A stretch of 64,000 nucleotides of DNA from Octopus sinensis (taxonomy: Eukaryota). Under the pieces are notes generated by a model, which made no database searches, was not told the origin of the DNA, and was given only the letters and a program-made list of their open reading frames with translations. Positions 24,098 to 36,881 of this stretch are shown in pieces. Every line of letters starts with the position of its first letter. Position 1 is the first letter of the stretch. The translations under genes and the position numbers were made by a program. The DNA lies in contig NC_043001.1 in NCBI RefSeq assembly GCF_006345805.1, forward strand, positions 87,854,001 to 87,918,000, written 5' to 3'.

Positions 24098-24710
24098 CAT
24101 CATTTCATAGCATATCAATATATATCTCTTCAGAGTTTATTTCCAAACTATTTTCTTACCTTTTGCTGCAGACTACTAATTCACTTCTGTTGATAATCTT
24201 TATGAATTGGGACTCTAATATCATACTTGGTCAACTATTGTTTCTCTTGATGATTGACAAGAGAACCTGTCAAAAATGTGTTGGCTGTCAATTGATGTGA
24301 TTAGGTATTTCATATGACAAAACAATACTTAATGATGTAACCCATTCTGTGTTTCTTTTATAAAAAAAAAATCTCTAAGCCCATTTTATGTTTAAAACAA
24401 AAATAGAATTTTCTTATCTCATGATGGACATTTGTTCTTGATTCAGGAGGAGACAGCAACTGGAAGAATAGAAAAAGACCAGAAACAAAGATTTAGGGAA
24501 ATGGAGAGTTACAGGAGTAAATTCTAGAAGGAAACAGCTGAAAGATTAAAAATAAAGCTACCAGGAAATCAGGTAGCAGTTGCAGGAACTGAATTAGAAC
24601 AAAGTACAAAAATTGTGGTCAAGGAACTTGAGAGCAATAAAAAGAAAACTGAACAAATTTACCTGGAATTGTAAGTGCAATTAAATAAGAAAGATCCAAT
24701 ATCAGCAGTT

Positions 24711-25466
24711 ATGAACTTGAATGTAATATCCACACTAATTTGGTTGGCACTATTTTGCCACATTATAAAACAAGGTGATAGCATTATTGACATGAATATT
24801 CATGAACTTCAGTTCATTTCTGACCACCTGACCATTAGAGAGTGTGCAATGTTAGTGAGAGCACTACAAATAAACACATGGGAATTACCTAAGAACCTTA
24901 ATAGAAGAAGAGTCAGCAAAACTAAACCTCCAGTTCCATGTTTAATCCTGTTACTCAATTATGATCAGAATAAGGGAAGGCACAAGACCTTCCATGACCT
25001 CTCACGTCGACTGAATCAAATTGGTAGGAAAGATCTAGCAGACAAGCTCTCTCAAATGATATTCCACAAGAAGGCAGAGGACATTAAGAAAAATTACCTT
25101 AATGATCCCTTCAGGAAGCTAATACACCCAACGCCAATTTTTGTGAAAATTGTTACTGGGGAAGGGGTGAGTGAACAGAAGGGAGAACACATGCCACATT
25201 ATGATACAAGGCCTAAAGTTAAGGAAACCAACTTTTGGAGTACAGTAATAATGATGTTTTCTGTAGTGACAGTGTTGAGCCTTTTATTCATGGTCACATC
25301 ACTCTGTGTCACTGGATGTCCTGTTTACATCAGGTCATTTTACCGAAGCTGTGCACCTCAATATCTTGTTAATTGTACCTCTAAATGTTACAATGTTATT
25401 TGTAACATTAAAGATTCGAAAGCTGAAAAATCTTATGCACTACCAAGAAGAAAAGAAGCAAATTAA
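24711..25466 (+). CDS. Intronless signal peptide + death-domain-like + transmembrane protein (TMDD1-like, 251 aa)
   Basis: Uninterrupted non-repetitive ORF. Hydrophobic N-terminus MNLNVISTLIWLALFCHII; ISDHLTIRECAMLVRAL, VPCLILLLNYD and TFHDLSRRLNQIGRKDLADKLS recall TMDD1-family motifs; TM segment FWSTVIMMFSVVTVLSLLFMVTSLCV; Cys-rich tail. Confidence 0.8.
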   Translation: MNLNVISTLIWLALFCHIIKQGDSIIDMNIHELQFISDHLTIRECAMLVRALQINTWELPKNLNRRRVSKTKPPVPCLILLLNYDQNKGRHKTFHDLSRRLNQIGRKDLADKLSQMIFHKKAEDIKKNYLNDPFRKLIHPTPIFVKIVTGEGVSEQKGEHMPHYDTRPKVKETNFWSTVIMMFSVVTVLSLLFMVTSLCVTGCPVYIRSFYRSCAPQYLVNCTSKCYNVICNIKDSKAEKSYALPRRKEAN

Positions 25467-25736
25467 TAATTTTTTTTTAAATGTAATAATTTTATATACA
25501 TACGTATATATTTATGTGTATATATATATATATACATGCCACTTTCTCTCCCACCATTTCTGTCTCTTTATCTATCTATCTGCCTGTCTGTTCATGTCAG
25601 TGTACGAGATAAATGCATATGAACTTAGTATAAACTTAATTTACTTGAGAAATTTAATCACTTCAAGTATGCAACTAACAAGCATTCGGTATCATGATTT
25701 TATGTTTTATGTGAAGAATGGACTTAACATATAACT

Positions 25737-26188
25737 AACAGTATAGCCCCACATTACCCAGGTTTGTTTTTTAGCTGCCCTTAAAACAGCAGACTTTGAT
25801 GATGCATTAACAAAGTTTTGACATAGTTTCAATCTTTTTTGAAAAGTAAAAATTTTGCATTATATAGCTTGTTATTCTCTTTAAGTAAACATTTTTCTGG
25901 TTGAAATACACTGAAAAATGGCAACACAGCAGTCAAAAAATCATAAAAAATAGGGATTTTCATAGAAAAAAAAGCACCTTTTTAATGTAAATAATTTTTG
26001 GTCTTAACATTGTCCAATTTGAATTTTTTCTTCTACAGAATGAAGAGCAAGCCTTCTTCCATCATACTTTCAATTTTGGTCAACTTGCGCCACAGGGTCT
26101 CGGAGGAGATAGTGTTAGTTGAAGGCTACCAAACCTGCCATACACACACACAGACAACTTCAGCTTTATATGTATAAATATATAAAGA
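25737..26188 (-). mobile_element. Non-autonomous Helitron, CpG-decayed
   Basis: Minus strand starts ...TATAAAGCTGAAGTTGTCTGTGTGTG and ends AAACCTGGGTAATGTGGGGCTATACTGTTAGT, a decayed form of the 3' end at 7830-7857. Confidence 0.65.
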
Positions 26189-27499
26189 AAATATTAGAAT
26201 CTGTTCTCCAAGTTACTTCATATGATATCTCTAGATATTTTGGTGGCTATTCTCTTCTCCAGCTGCTGCTGTCCTAAAGACAACCATTTATTTAGCCACA
26301 CAATAACATAATATATAGCACTTATTAATCCTATGAGTGCTTGATGTATAAATCAGTCAGGAACAGAAAAAAAATAGCGAAGCAATCACTTTATATATTA
26401 CTAAGAAATAATAACTGTCTTGAAAAAGGTATTAAAGAATATTTTCAGTGCTCTATGGGGTGGGGGGTGGGGGAGATCCAAGACAATGTAGGACATAGAA
26501 TACATGCCAGGATTTATATAAGAGATAGATACACATGAACGTAAGTAACGCAATCCTAGTTCATTGGTGAGATATTTATTCCTTGAGTGGACATTAAGGC
26601 ACACACACACACACTCACATGCACACACACACTCATACACACACACACACACACACATACACACTCTCTCTCTCTCTCACATCCACCCACATACATATAT
26701 TTATATGTTTATTTTAATACAATAGTATGTTCCTATCTATGTTTTGTGTAACACCTTGGGAAGCAACTTATCATCATGTGTTAACGCCCATTTTCCATGT
26801 TGGTATGGGTCAGTAATAAATAGACATATGATAATTATGGTAGTGGTGGTGGGAGAAACACCAGCAGTGAAGTTGGCACTGATAATGATGAATGGGAAAA
26901 GAGAGAGAGAATGTATTGAGTTCAAACTTTGCTGAGGCCAACATTACATTTTATCCTTTTAAGGTTAATTAGATACGTGCTAGTCAAGTACTAAACTAAA
27001 TGGATATATACCAGTCAGTCAAAGCATAAAAGTCAAGTACTTATTTCTATATTCACAGTACATCACTGTATTGTCATGTTCAATACACAGTTTCATAACT
27101 CACACTATACAACTATGATACTATGTCTTTGTACAACTGCTTTACTATTTACACTGTAGTATAATGATCAGTACATATCATTTCACTATTGTGGGACAAT
27201 ACATGAACAGACAAACCATGGACAAATAAACACAAAAGTGGGGACAAAAAATGAATGAAAAAGGATGAATTATACAATGAAAATAAAAAAACGGAATGAA
27301 CCTACTTGACCCCCACATCTGAATGACTTAATTTAAATTTGTCAAAATTGATTAAATACCATTATTAAGTCTTTTGAATCAAATACGGTAAGTCTTTTAA
27401 ATAATAATATTTTAAAGTCTTTTGAATTAGATAACATTATTTTTCACTAAGTCTTACTGTAGCCGGTATTTTCTTGATATCAGTTTTTTACTTCAGCTT

Positions 27500-28744
27500 A
27501 TCAGGGCTCTCCCTTGGTACCACAGTACATTTCATAAGTGAGGACACTGACTCATTGTCCAAAGTGTTCACCTCTGTTCAGTTTTTTGACTTTCCCTTTC
27601 ACAGAAATACACTTTTCTTGGGGTGGAGGTGGGAGGACTTTTGGCTTGTGTGTGTGCAGTATTGGTGTTCATGTCTAGTTGTATAGGATGAGGGCCGGTG
27701 TCCGTAGGGGACGGGAGGGGAGGGTGGGATCGGGTTGGCGCAGGGTGGGGATCAACAGTAACAGTATGTACCTTTTCCTCCTTTTTCTTTTTCTTTTTCC
27801 TGCTATCTCCTCGTCATCCTTGGCTCCATCCTCTGTCATATCCTGCTCTTCCTTGTTGCTTGGCTCCTCCTTGCTAACTCCCGCTGAATTTGTTATCATT
27901 GGAGGTGGAGGTGCAGTTTCTTTCCCGTTGGTGTTCTCACTAGTGCCATTGTGGGCGGTGGAGGGCAGTTCGCTCTTATGTGGAATTTTTGGCCACACTT
28001 GAAGCAGTGGGCCTACTGCCCTCCACTATCACCTTAAGTACCATCTCTTCACCTTTTGTTATTGTTTCAATGATCCTTTCTAGATCCTTTGGGGTGGCTT
28101 GGATAGCCATATCCAGGTGCTGCCCTTGCCAGTTTCTAGGTTCCAATTTTACTACTTGGAGGTCCACTATTTCATCTTCCAGACCCGGCAGAATTGCCAC
28201 CACCAGCCAGACCACATCCACTTTTGGAGGGAGGCCTTCCGCCCTTAACCTGGAAGAATGCCTTCCAAGGTAGCTGGGTAGAAGCACCACCTTATTCATC
28301 CTGAGTGCTGCCTGGCTTTTGCTGTGGTACGAAACCACACCTCCACCATAGCAAATTTATTTCTTCAGGCAAGGTACGTAATATCTTGCCAGATTGGTTT
28401 TAATGCCTTCTCAATTTGCAATGTTGATGCCATTTCCACTTTCTTTGCTTTTGGATTAGAAGTCCTGTATATAATTATTTTTTCTATTGTCAGCTTTATA
28501 ATATTGCTGGTAGGGACACCTTGACAGCCTGTCCCTCCCGGCATAACATATATTTGAATTTTTCTCTATTGCACCTCTCTGCGTTCAGCTCTTTGCTGCT
28601 CCCTCTGGTTACAGCTGCAAAATCTCTTCCTCCTACACTCTATTCCATTTCCATATTCCGTTCCATTGCTTCATGGCTCTTCAGCAATTCCTCTTCAGAC
28701 AATGAATACATGTCTGATGAGCTGAGGCTTTCATATTCCATCAT
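27500..28744 (-). pseudogene. Disrupted retroelement ORF1/gag-like gene (RRM-like + CCHC knuckle + basic tract)
   Basis: From ATG 28744 MMEYESLSSSD..., then EKALKPIWQDITYLA*RNKFAMVEVWF, VLLPSYLGR...VIVEGSRP, frameshift, CFKCGQKFHIRANC (27965-28006), frameshift, GKRKRKRRKR. Several stops and frameshifts. Confidence 0.75.
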
Positions 28745-29699
28745 TATTACAGCGTTTCCCTTTCAAGTAAGGGTAAAAACTGACAAATAAAGCTGCTGCA
28801 ATAGCAAAAAAAGTGTCGTAAGACACACAACAATTTATAACAAACAGAAATAAAACATAATTAACAATGTGACTGACTGCTATAACATAAACAACATGAA
28901 CAAGGGGTAGCAACATCAACTGTGACCCTATAGCGATGGAATCAATAGAGAAAAAAATGGACAAGTTCATATAAGACTCATGCATGCTTTGTGGCTGGTG
29001 ATTTTAATTATTTAAATGTACAGCATATTCATTAGGAGTTCAATACATGACACATCCATTTTGAGAAGATGCATTGCTTAGTGATTAGATGGTTGTAGTT
29101 GTGATTGTAAGATAATGGTTTCCATTCCTAGACTGGGTGATGTATTGTATTCTTGAGCAAAGTAGTTCATTTCACAGTGCTCCAGTCCACTCAGCTGTAT
29201 ATGAGTTCTAGTAGTAACTGGGAAGGCAACCCTGTGATGGACAAGCATCCCATTCATGGGTGAGCATTTGAACCTCAGTCACTTATATACCATGGAAACT
29301 GAGTTAAGCTCTGGCCTCATGAGTTTTAGGTCTCATGACAAATCCAAGTCCTACGTCTTAAAATATACCTAGAAAAAAAAAGGGAGCATTTTATTATTTC
29401 AATTTTATGCTTCATATCTTTATGTGATTCTTGAAGTTTGATTTAGAAGTTAATTGAAATCCTAATTTTAAACCTGATTCCACAAATACCTTTACCACTT
29501 GAAATTTTCCTTATAATTATGTAATAAAAGAGAGTTAGTGTTGATGACTTTTGCTGTCTTCTCTTGGTAAGTGAAGCTGATGTGATTAATGCTCAGCTTC
29601 TACAGATGTCAAAAGAAAAATGTGAAAGATATTCTTGAGAGATACATTTTGAGACCGAGAGATTAGATATGTGGGGAAAGTGAAACATGGTAGGGATAA

Positions 29700-29818
29700 T
29701 AAGAGAGAGAGGGGAGGAAGGGACGAAGGGAAGGAGGTAGAGAGTAGAGATAGATAGAGAGAGGGAGAGAGAAAGAAAGAGGAGAGAAAGGGAGAGAGAG
29801 AGAGGGAGAGAGAGAGAG

Positions 29819-29910
<92 letters not shown>
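29700..29910. repeat. (AG)n microsatellite and polypurine tract
   Basis: Direct reading; source of the poly-SL ORFs. Confidence 0.95.
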
Positions 29911-29913
<3 letters not shown>

Positions 29914-32749
29914 TGTATATCAAGCATAATTAGGTTTTGCTTCTCTGAACAGCTAGCTTGTTTAGTGGATCAGAATCTGTGGTAGAAGTGCTGGAAGAGA
30001 TGTACAAAAGAAAACAAAGCTATCTATGAACCAATAATCAAAGCACATTGGTGAAAGAATATTTGCAAAACATCTTACTCTCAGTATCAAAACGAATTTT
30101 TATTTCAAGGGAGTTAACTCTGCTTTGTTTAGAGTGAGCTTAACATGAGCTCAGATAAAACAAAGCATTCACAGGATGTATTTTCCATGTATTTTGTATG
30201 TAATGAGGTTGTTTTCAGTTGATTTGCATTAATTAAGATAGGAAAGAGTTTGGAATCATTTGTATCTGTTTACTAGTTATTATAGCAGTTACAGAGTTAC
30301 AGACAATTGAGAGGAAAGTATTTTTTTGGAAAGAGCATCACATAGAGGGTGCATGTAGTCGGACTGTCGATTAGGTTATAAGACATTACAATTTTTTGTT
30401 GACAATATCAAACACCAGCATCTACAAATTTCAGCTTTAATAAATTTGAAGAGCAAAATCGTTAGCAGAGCAAGAGAGATGTTATAAAACAATGTGATAT
30501 TGGTGACTGGAACAGCCTTCAAATATTAGTGATAATTGACAGATTATTGTTGTTGCTTAGTTCCAATTTAGTTTTGATCAAGCAGATCATCATCATCGTC
30601 GACGTTTAACATCTGCTTTCCATGCTAGCATGGGTTGGACGATTTGACTGCACCAGACTCCAATCTGATCTGGCAGAGTTTCTACAGCTGGATGCCCTTC
30701 CTAACGCCAACCACTCCGAGAGTGTAGTAAGATATATAATCAAGATGTATTCCCTTTAGGACTATCTCACCTTAATTTGTTTTTTAGATTCAGTGTTTTT
30801 AAGATCACATTATACAATGCACCCCAACTTTTTTCAAGACAGTAGAATTTAGGAATGTGGTTTGAGGTATTTTTGTCTGTTATTTTTAGCAGGTTAAACA
30901 ACTTCAAGGAACCTTCAGAGGTGGACGAATCCCTTATGTGCTATTTGAAGTAGACAGTTGATTGCTTGGTTCAACACCAGTAGGATATTTTGTGGATATT
31001 GTTCTGCAAAATATGAAGTTTTTTTCTACTGCCAGATGTTGATGCTTTTGTCTAACCTTCAAATCATCTCTGAATGAGCAGACTTGTAATCAACCAATAT
31101 CACATTGTTTTATAACATCTTTCTTACTCTTGCTCTGCCAACGATTTTGCACTTCAAATTCATTAAAGCAGGAATTTGTAGATGCTGGTGTTTGATATTG
31201 TCAACAAAAAAATGTAATGAGCTGGCAGATTTGCTAAAGTATTGGACTACAATACTTTGCATTGTAGGAACTTCTGGTTCCTTACATTCTGTGTTCAAAT
31301 CCTGCCATAGGTAACTTCAAATTTTTAAGGTGGCAAATCATTAGTATTCAGGACAAAATGCTTTAAGGCAATTCTTCCACTTAACAGTCTGAGTCAAATT
31401 CTGCCGAGGTTGACTTTGTTTTCATCCTCACAAAGTCCATAAAATAATTGTCAAGCACTGGGATTGTAATTGGACTAGCTCCCTCCCTACAAATTTCAGG
31501 CTTAGTACCTATAATAGAAAGAATATATTAATGTTTTCTAACACTGGAATAAGACCACAAACTTCGTGAGGGGGTGTACTCAGTTAAATCAACATCATAA
31601 CCTTTTTGGTATTTCATTTCATTGAACGCAGAAATATAAAAATTGCAAAGTTGATTTCAGTAGGACTGAACTCTGAATATAATGATCACAGATAAATACT
31701 GCAAGCTGTTTAACTCGACATTCTAATGATTCTGCTAATCCACTACCCTTGATACATAATTAGAAATAAAACATTTTGTTAAAGGGAAAATCATTATGCC
31801 AATATAATTAACATGCACACACTGGTTCAATTTCATTTATTTATTAAACACCTTGTGAAAACTTATTAAAATGTAGGAAACACTTTACAAAGACAGATGT
31901 GTTAACCCTATTATAAAAAAGATCCCTTGCCAATGGTTGTTTACTTTTGACAGACATAAATAGATCATTAAATTTGAAATGTTTTTTAATTTTGTACGAA
32001 AGGCATTTTGATGCAGTTTTGCACAAAGAATATTCTGCATGTATTTTTCTTGCAAAATACTTTGGCTAGCAAGTAATAATTTTTCTTCTAAAGATTTGAA
32101 TTTAAATGAACAACCCAATCTGTTTCAGGAGATCCCAAATGGTTTACTTTTTACAAGAGATCTGCTCCCATGGTCAAGTAAACAATTTTACTTTTAATCA
32201 TCTGTATTTGCAGTGCAGAAGACACATGTTAGCCATTTAAAGACACACAAAAACTGTCAACTGTACTTAAACATTTATCATTTGTTATATGGTATCAAAA
32301 TTTTCATTGTGTGAATGCAACCTAGCCACTGACAAAGTTGCAATGTGTCTTCCATACTGCAATCATTTTAGTTTCAGCATATGACCTCGGATCAAATCAC
32401 TTGCTTGGAAAATATATCTCTGAAAAATCATTTACATCCTAAATCACAAATGCTTAAGAAATACATGTCAGAGACTGTTGCAAAAAGTGAGACTAGCATT
32501 TGTCTCATCTTTTTCTTTTTAACACAGAATGCTCTTAACTACCAATGTCCATTACAGTACAACTGTTGCTGTCCAAAAGTAAAACACTCATGCTAGTAAT
32601 TCAAATTTTATAAGCTACACTAACACGGAGTTTGATTAAGGCAAAGTGTATCATAGCAGAGATTTGGTGCTCCAGATGAGTGCTGATAGAGTAGTCCATT
32701 ATCATAGGTTATTGCACTTTCACTCTGATTTGGCTGGTTGAATAAACCT

Positions 32750-34130
32750 TTGGTTAAAGATATTCCAGTTATGACTACCCCTTCTTTCTCTAAGACACAA
32801 TGCACCAGATCCCCATTTTTCTTGGCTGCTATTTCTAGCAGGTCAAGTGACAGCATATAGGGTCATTTGTTAGATTGTAGCACATTGTTGCTTAACTTCA
32901 TCTCAGCCTTGCTTGAGCAGATCAAGAATAAAAAGCAAAACTGATTTCAAGAAGATTTGACAGGTTTTTCTAGTATGTTAAGCAACAAGGTAGAAGCTTC
33001 CTATTTGGCTTGACTCCTGTAGATGGATGATCAAGATTTGAACCACTTCTCTGCCTACCTGAGGATCACACACCACCTTAATACATGTAGTCATTTAACA
33101 TATACAAAGGGCAGTATGGTAGTCTAGGCAGTGTTTCTCCCACTGTTTTAGCTTGTTCCAGTATGTTCTGGAGGAACGTAGTCCAAGGCGGACAGTTGTT
33201 GTGCCTTTCACAATGGGTCGATTACACACTGAATCGTACGCTGTAGTTTAGCCTCAAACCTGACTTGGTTGAGTTGACTTATAATTAAAGATATTGTTAT
33301 TCAGCCGCAAAAGCAGCAGATCTATGATCGAAGGCATTCCAGCCATGACCATCTAGTCTTTTTCCTATGCGCAGGGAATCCAAAACATTTTGAAACGCGT
33401 CCTTTACCAAAACTGTAAGATATGATGTATTGGAAAAATGGCTGCTATTTCTAGCAGGTTGAGTAACTCAAGTAATATAACGTTTTGAAGGATGTAGAAT
33501 GTAATAGCGTTGCGGTCGTTAAGCTACTGATCAGCACTTTTTAAGATAGTAGGGTAGTTTGAAATTTAATTTTTATTTTTTAGCTGGTCGATCGACCAAC
33601 AAAGACGATCCAATCCATGATGCCACCGTCTTTTTTTTTTTTTTTTTGAAGCATCGTATATCTAAGATAAATTATTTAATTTGCACGGTTTTTTCAAAAA
33701 GACCGTATAATGGAATTTATGTGCTAATTCTAGCAAGTCAAACAAACAACTAGAAGTTCCCTTGTTGTTTAGCAACGATCAGCTCAGTCAGAGCTGACCT
33801 ATGATGAAGGACGTTCCAGTCATGACTATTCCATCATTTTCTCAGGCAAAGCTCTAAAGAATCCAACGTGAACTTCCATTTTACGATTGTAGGATGTGAT
33901 TTCCGGAAGATTTGGCAGGCATCCTTAGCAGATCGAACGAAAATGTAAAGGCTTCGTTCATTCAAGCATGCTCATGATCAAAAGGTTTCCGGCCATGACC
34001 ATCCGACATTTTAAGGTATAGTGAATCTTGGACAAAGCTATCCACTGCACATATACCTTTAAGAAAGTAGAGTGTAATTCAAGGGAGATTTAGCTGCTAT
34101 TATTTGCAAACTGAATAAACACGAAGTGAT
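32750..34130 (+). repeat. At least four co-oriented diverged copies of one interspersed repeat just upstream of STUB1
   Basis: ATGATCGAAGGCATTCCAGCCATGACCATC-like motif at about 32751, 33324, 33801 and 33974; GGCTGCTATTTCTAGCAGG at 32824 and 33440. Confidence 0.65.
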
Positions 34131-34500
34131 TTTCTTGTTAGATATGTTGTATACGGTGTAGTGTTAATGTTGCGCATCAGGGTGGTGTAATGCAATGTAG
34201 GATAGTAGAAAGAAGTGTATTGCTATGTTGTGTAGAATAATGTTATCTTAAGTAACGAAGTATACTGTTGTGGAATATAGTGTAGTGAACATGTGTCGGT
34301 CGAATGCCGGAAGTTAAGTGGAGTTATGCACTCTCCAGTAACGGGAGAACAAAATATATATCTCCAACATGGCCATATACATTGTTGGAATAATGTGAAG
34401 TTTTTTTTCCTACCAACATTTCTTTGGTTTGTTATGTCTTATTAATCACCTTTATCGACTTGAACAGAATTGCGCCTGCTTCTGTGTAAATAGTTGAAAG

Positions 34501-34590
34501 ATGACGGCTGTTGAACTAAAAGACCAAGGCAATCGGCTGTTTGCCATGAAGAAATTCGAGGCTGCCATAAGCTGTTACACGAAAGCCATT
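34501..34590 (+). CDS. STUB1: E3 ubiquitin ligase CHIP, first coding exon (TPR1)
   Basis: MTAVELKDQGNRLFAMKKFEAAISCYTKAI|gtaagt; in-frame TGA at 34495-34497 fixes the start codon. Confidence 0.95.
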
Positions 34591-34829
34591 GTAAGTTGCT
34601 ACAACATAGGAACACACATTCAACCACTCGCTTTATATTCTCTGCTGATTTTCTTTCGACTTTCTCATTCTTTTCTCCGGTTATCATTTGCTTGTAGCTC
34701 TGTGAATGGCTATTGGGTGAATTATTATTAATTAATGACTCGTGGTAGGGATAATGGAGTGGTGTCTGTGTGTGTTTCAATCTGTTTATCTTCTAGATAC
34801 GCTTCTCTGTGTTACTGAATGTATATGTT

Positions 34830-34862
<33 letters not shown>

Positions 34863-34992
34863 GACATATGTGCATGTGGTAACTATTGACGTTCAAAAGA
34901 AAAAGAAAAACTTACACAAACATGTTACACGCATCTATCAATAACGCATTGAACATTCCTGTTTTTCGTACAGACACAAAAACACAGATTGC

Positions 34993-35067
<75 letters not shown>

Positions 35068-36881
35068 ATATTGGAGTATGACAGTTTTCACTTTGGCAAA
35101 CTAATTTTCAGCTTTACAAAGGAACGATACCAATATATAAATAATGTTGCTAACATAGAGACAAAGCTACAAATTTGGAGGCGGGGTTAATCGATGTCAT
35201 CGACTCCAGTACATAACGGGTACTTTATCAATCCCGGAAAGATGAAAGGCAACAAAATTGACCCCAGTAGAATTTGAACTCGGAACAAATACAGTAATGA
35301 ATTTTTATTCCATGTTCTAATTATTTTGTTAATGCCCTAAATTTAATTTCAAAGAAGTTGAGATATTTTCACGTTTAAATGAAATATTTTGCGACCAATT
35401 ACACGATCAAATACAAGATATTCATATGATTGATCTTTCACTTTGTGTAAGCTTAAAAGGTTGTGAAAACCCCCGCAATAGTCAAAGAAAATAAATTACT
35501 GATGGAAACTCCCTAAGGAAGGTGAGAACTTTCGTGAAAGTGAAAACGCTGTTATATATATCCTAAGATCGTCATATTTATATATATACGTTTCTCTCTC
35601 TCTTTCTATGTAAGTATGTGTGTGTATTTGTGTGTAATATGTTTTAGAAGACGTGTGAACGAAGTATTTCTCATTTAGTTTAGTTAGAGCCTATGCGAAA
35701 GAAGTTGAGCAAAAGGAAGAATCCAGAACGTACAAGCTAAAAAGATGTGCGGTGGAGCACTTCATTTCCTCTGCAATTGATAAACACAAATCTTGTCGTC
35801 CTTTTTTTCTTTCTTTTTCTCTTGCATTTGTTTATTTTCAGTGACAGAAGTCGTAGTAATAGTGGTTTTTGTAGTGATGGTGATGCTAGCCGTTTATGGA
35901 CGCTTTGTTAAATGTTATTTATCAGGTTTCCATTAGCATCTTGGGGCTAAAACAACAAAGCCTATTGAAAGCAATTCTTTCATTGAATAACCACACCTCA
36001 GTATAACTACCTTACTTGTAATGATTTAGGTAAAAATGTCACGCTCCTAGTTAATGAGTTAGCTGTTAGTGTTTGTTTATTTTTTGTATTTTATCTATGT
36101 GAATTCAGAAGTCTTATCAGTGACAAAATATATACACCCAAATGGGCAAGACACTGTTTCCTCTTCATATTTCTGATTAGTGATTAAAAAAAGAAAAACA
36201 ACAACTGCGGAATCTGTAATACCAGGACGATTTTAGATGGTTGTTATCTATTCAGCTGCGTTTCGGTTGCTATCAGTCTCCAATTTCCGCAATAAAATAC
36301 AAAATAACAGATTTAGTTCTAAACCTCTCAAACTGATGTACACAAACACACACACACTAATATATTTGGTTAACCTTATGAGTTTTAAATTCTAAATCAC
36401 AACAAACATTGCGTTGAACCCGGCACTTTACCGATCCTCTCTCACCTCTAAATCACAATTTTTTTTTCTTTATCAATTTAGTCTTAGATACAGTTTGAAT
36501 AAAAGACGGTGATTACGATTTCGATACCTATGATCACAAGTCTGTTGGATCAGGCTGATGTGAGATTGAACAACTATAATCACCACAAAAACAAAACTTT
36601 GATTATTGAAATTATTAATTATCTTAATAAAATCAATGTCAATTTAGTGTTTTAATTTTCTTTTGTGCTGTATCATTATCGTTAGAGCTCGAGGTCTTTG
36701 TGGTAATTTTTCTGTGAGTAAAACCAATACCAGTCTTAATTCAAAAGTTGATAATAATTATAGTAAATTTTGGCAAGTACACCCGCACGAGTTTCACTCA
36801 GGAAAAAAAAAAAAAAACCTCGGATTTTTTGCGACTTCTCATAATTTATCATAATTATTGTTGTTGTTGTTATGATTATTA

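Noticed and set aside
25306-25734. 142-aa ORF overlapping the end of the TMDD1-like gene
   Set aside because: Alternative frame running into (TA)n and the AT-rich UTR; no protein-like features.
31800-32600. Non-repetitive stretch resembling a minus-strand 3' UTR (AATAAA near 31840) with a 77-aa ORF
   Set aside because: No coding exon or splice sites found, part of it matches a repeat at 20935-20980, and transcript data would be needed.
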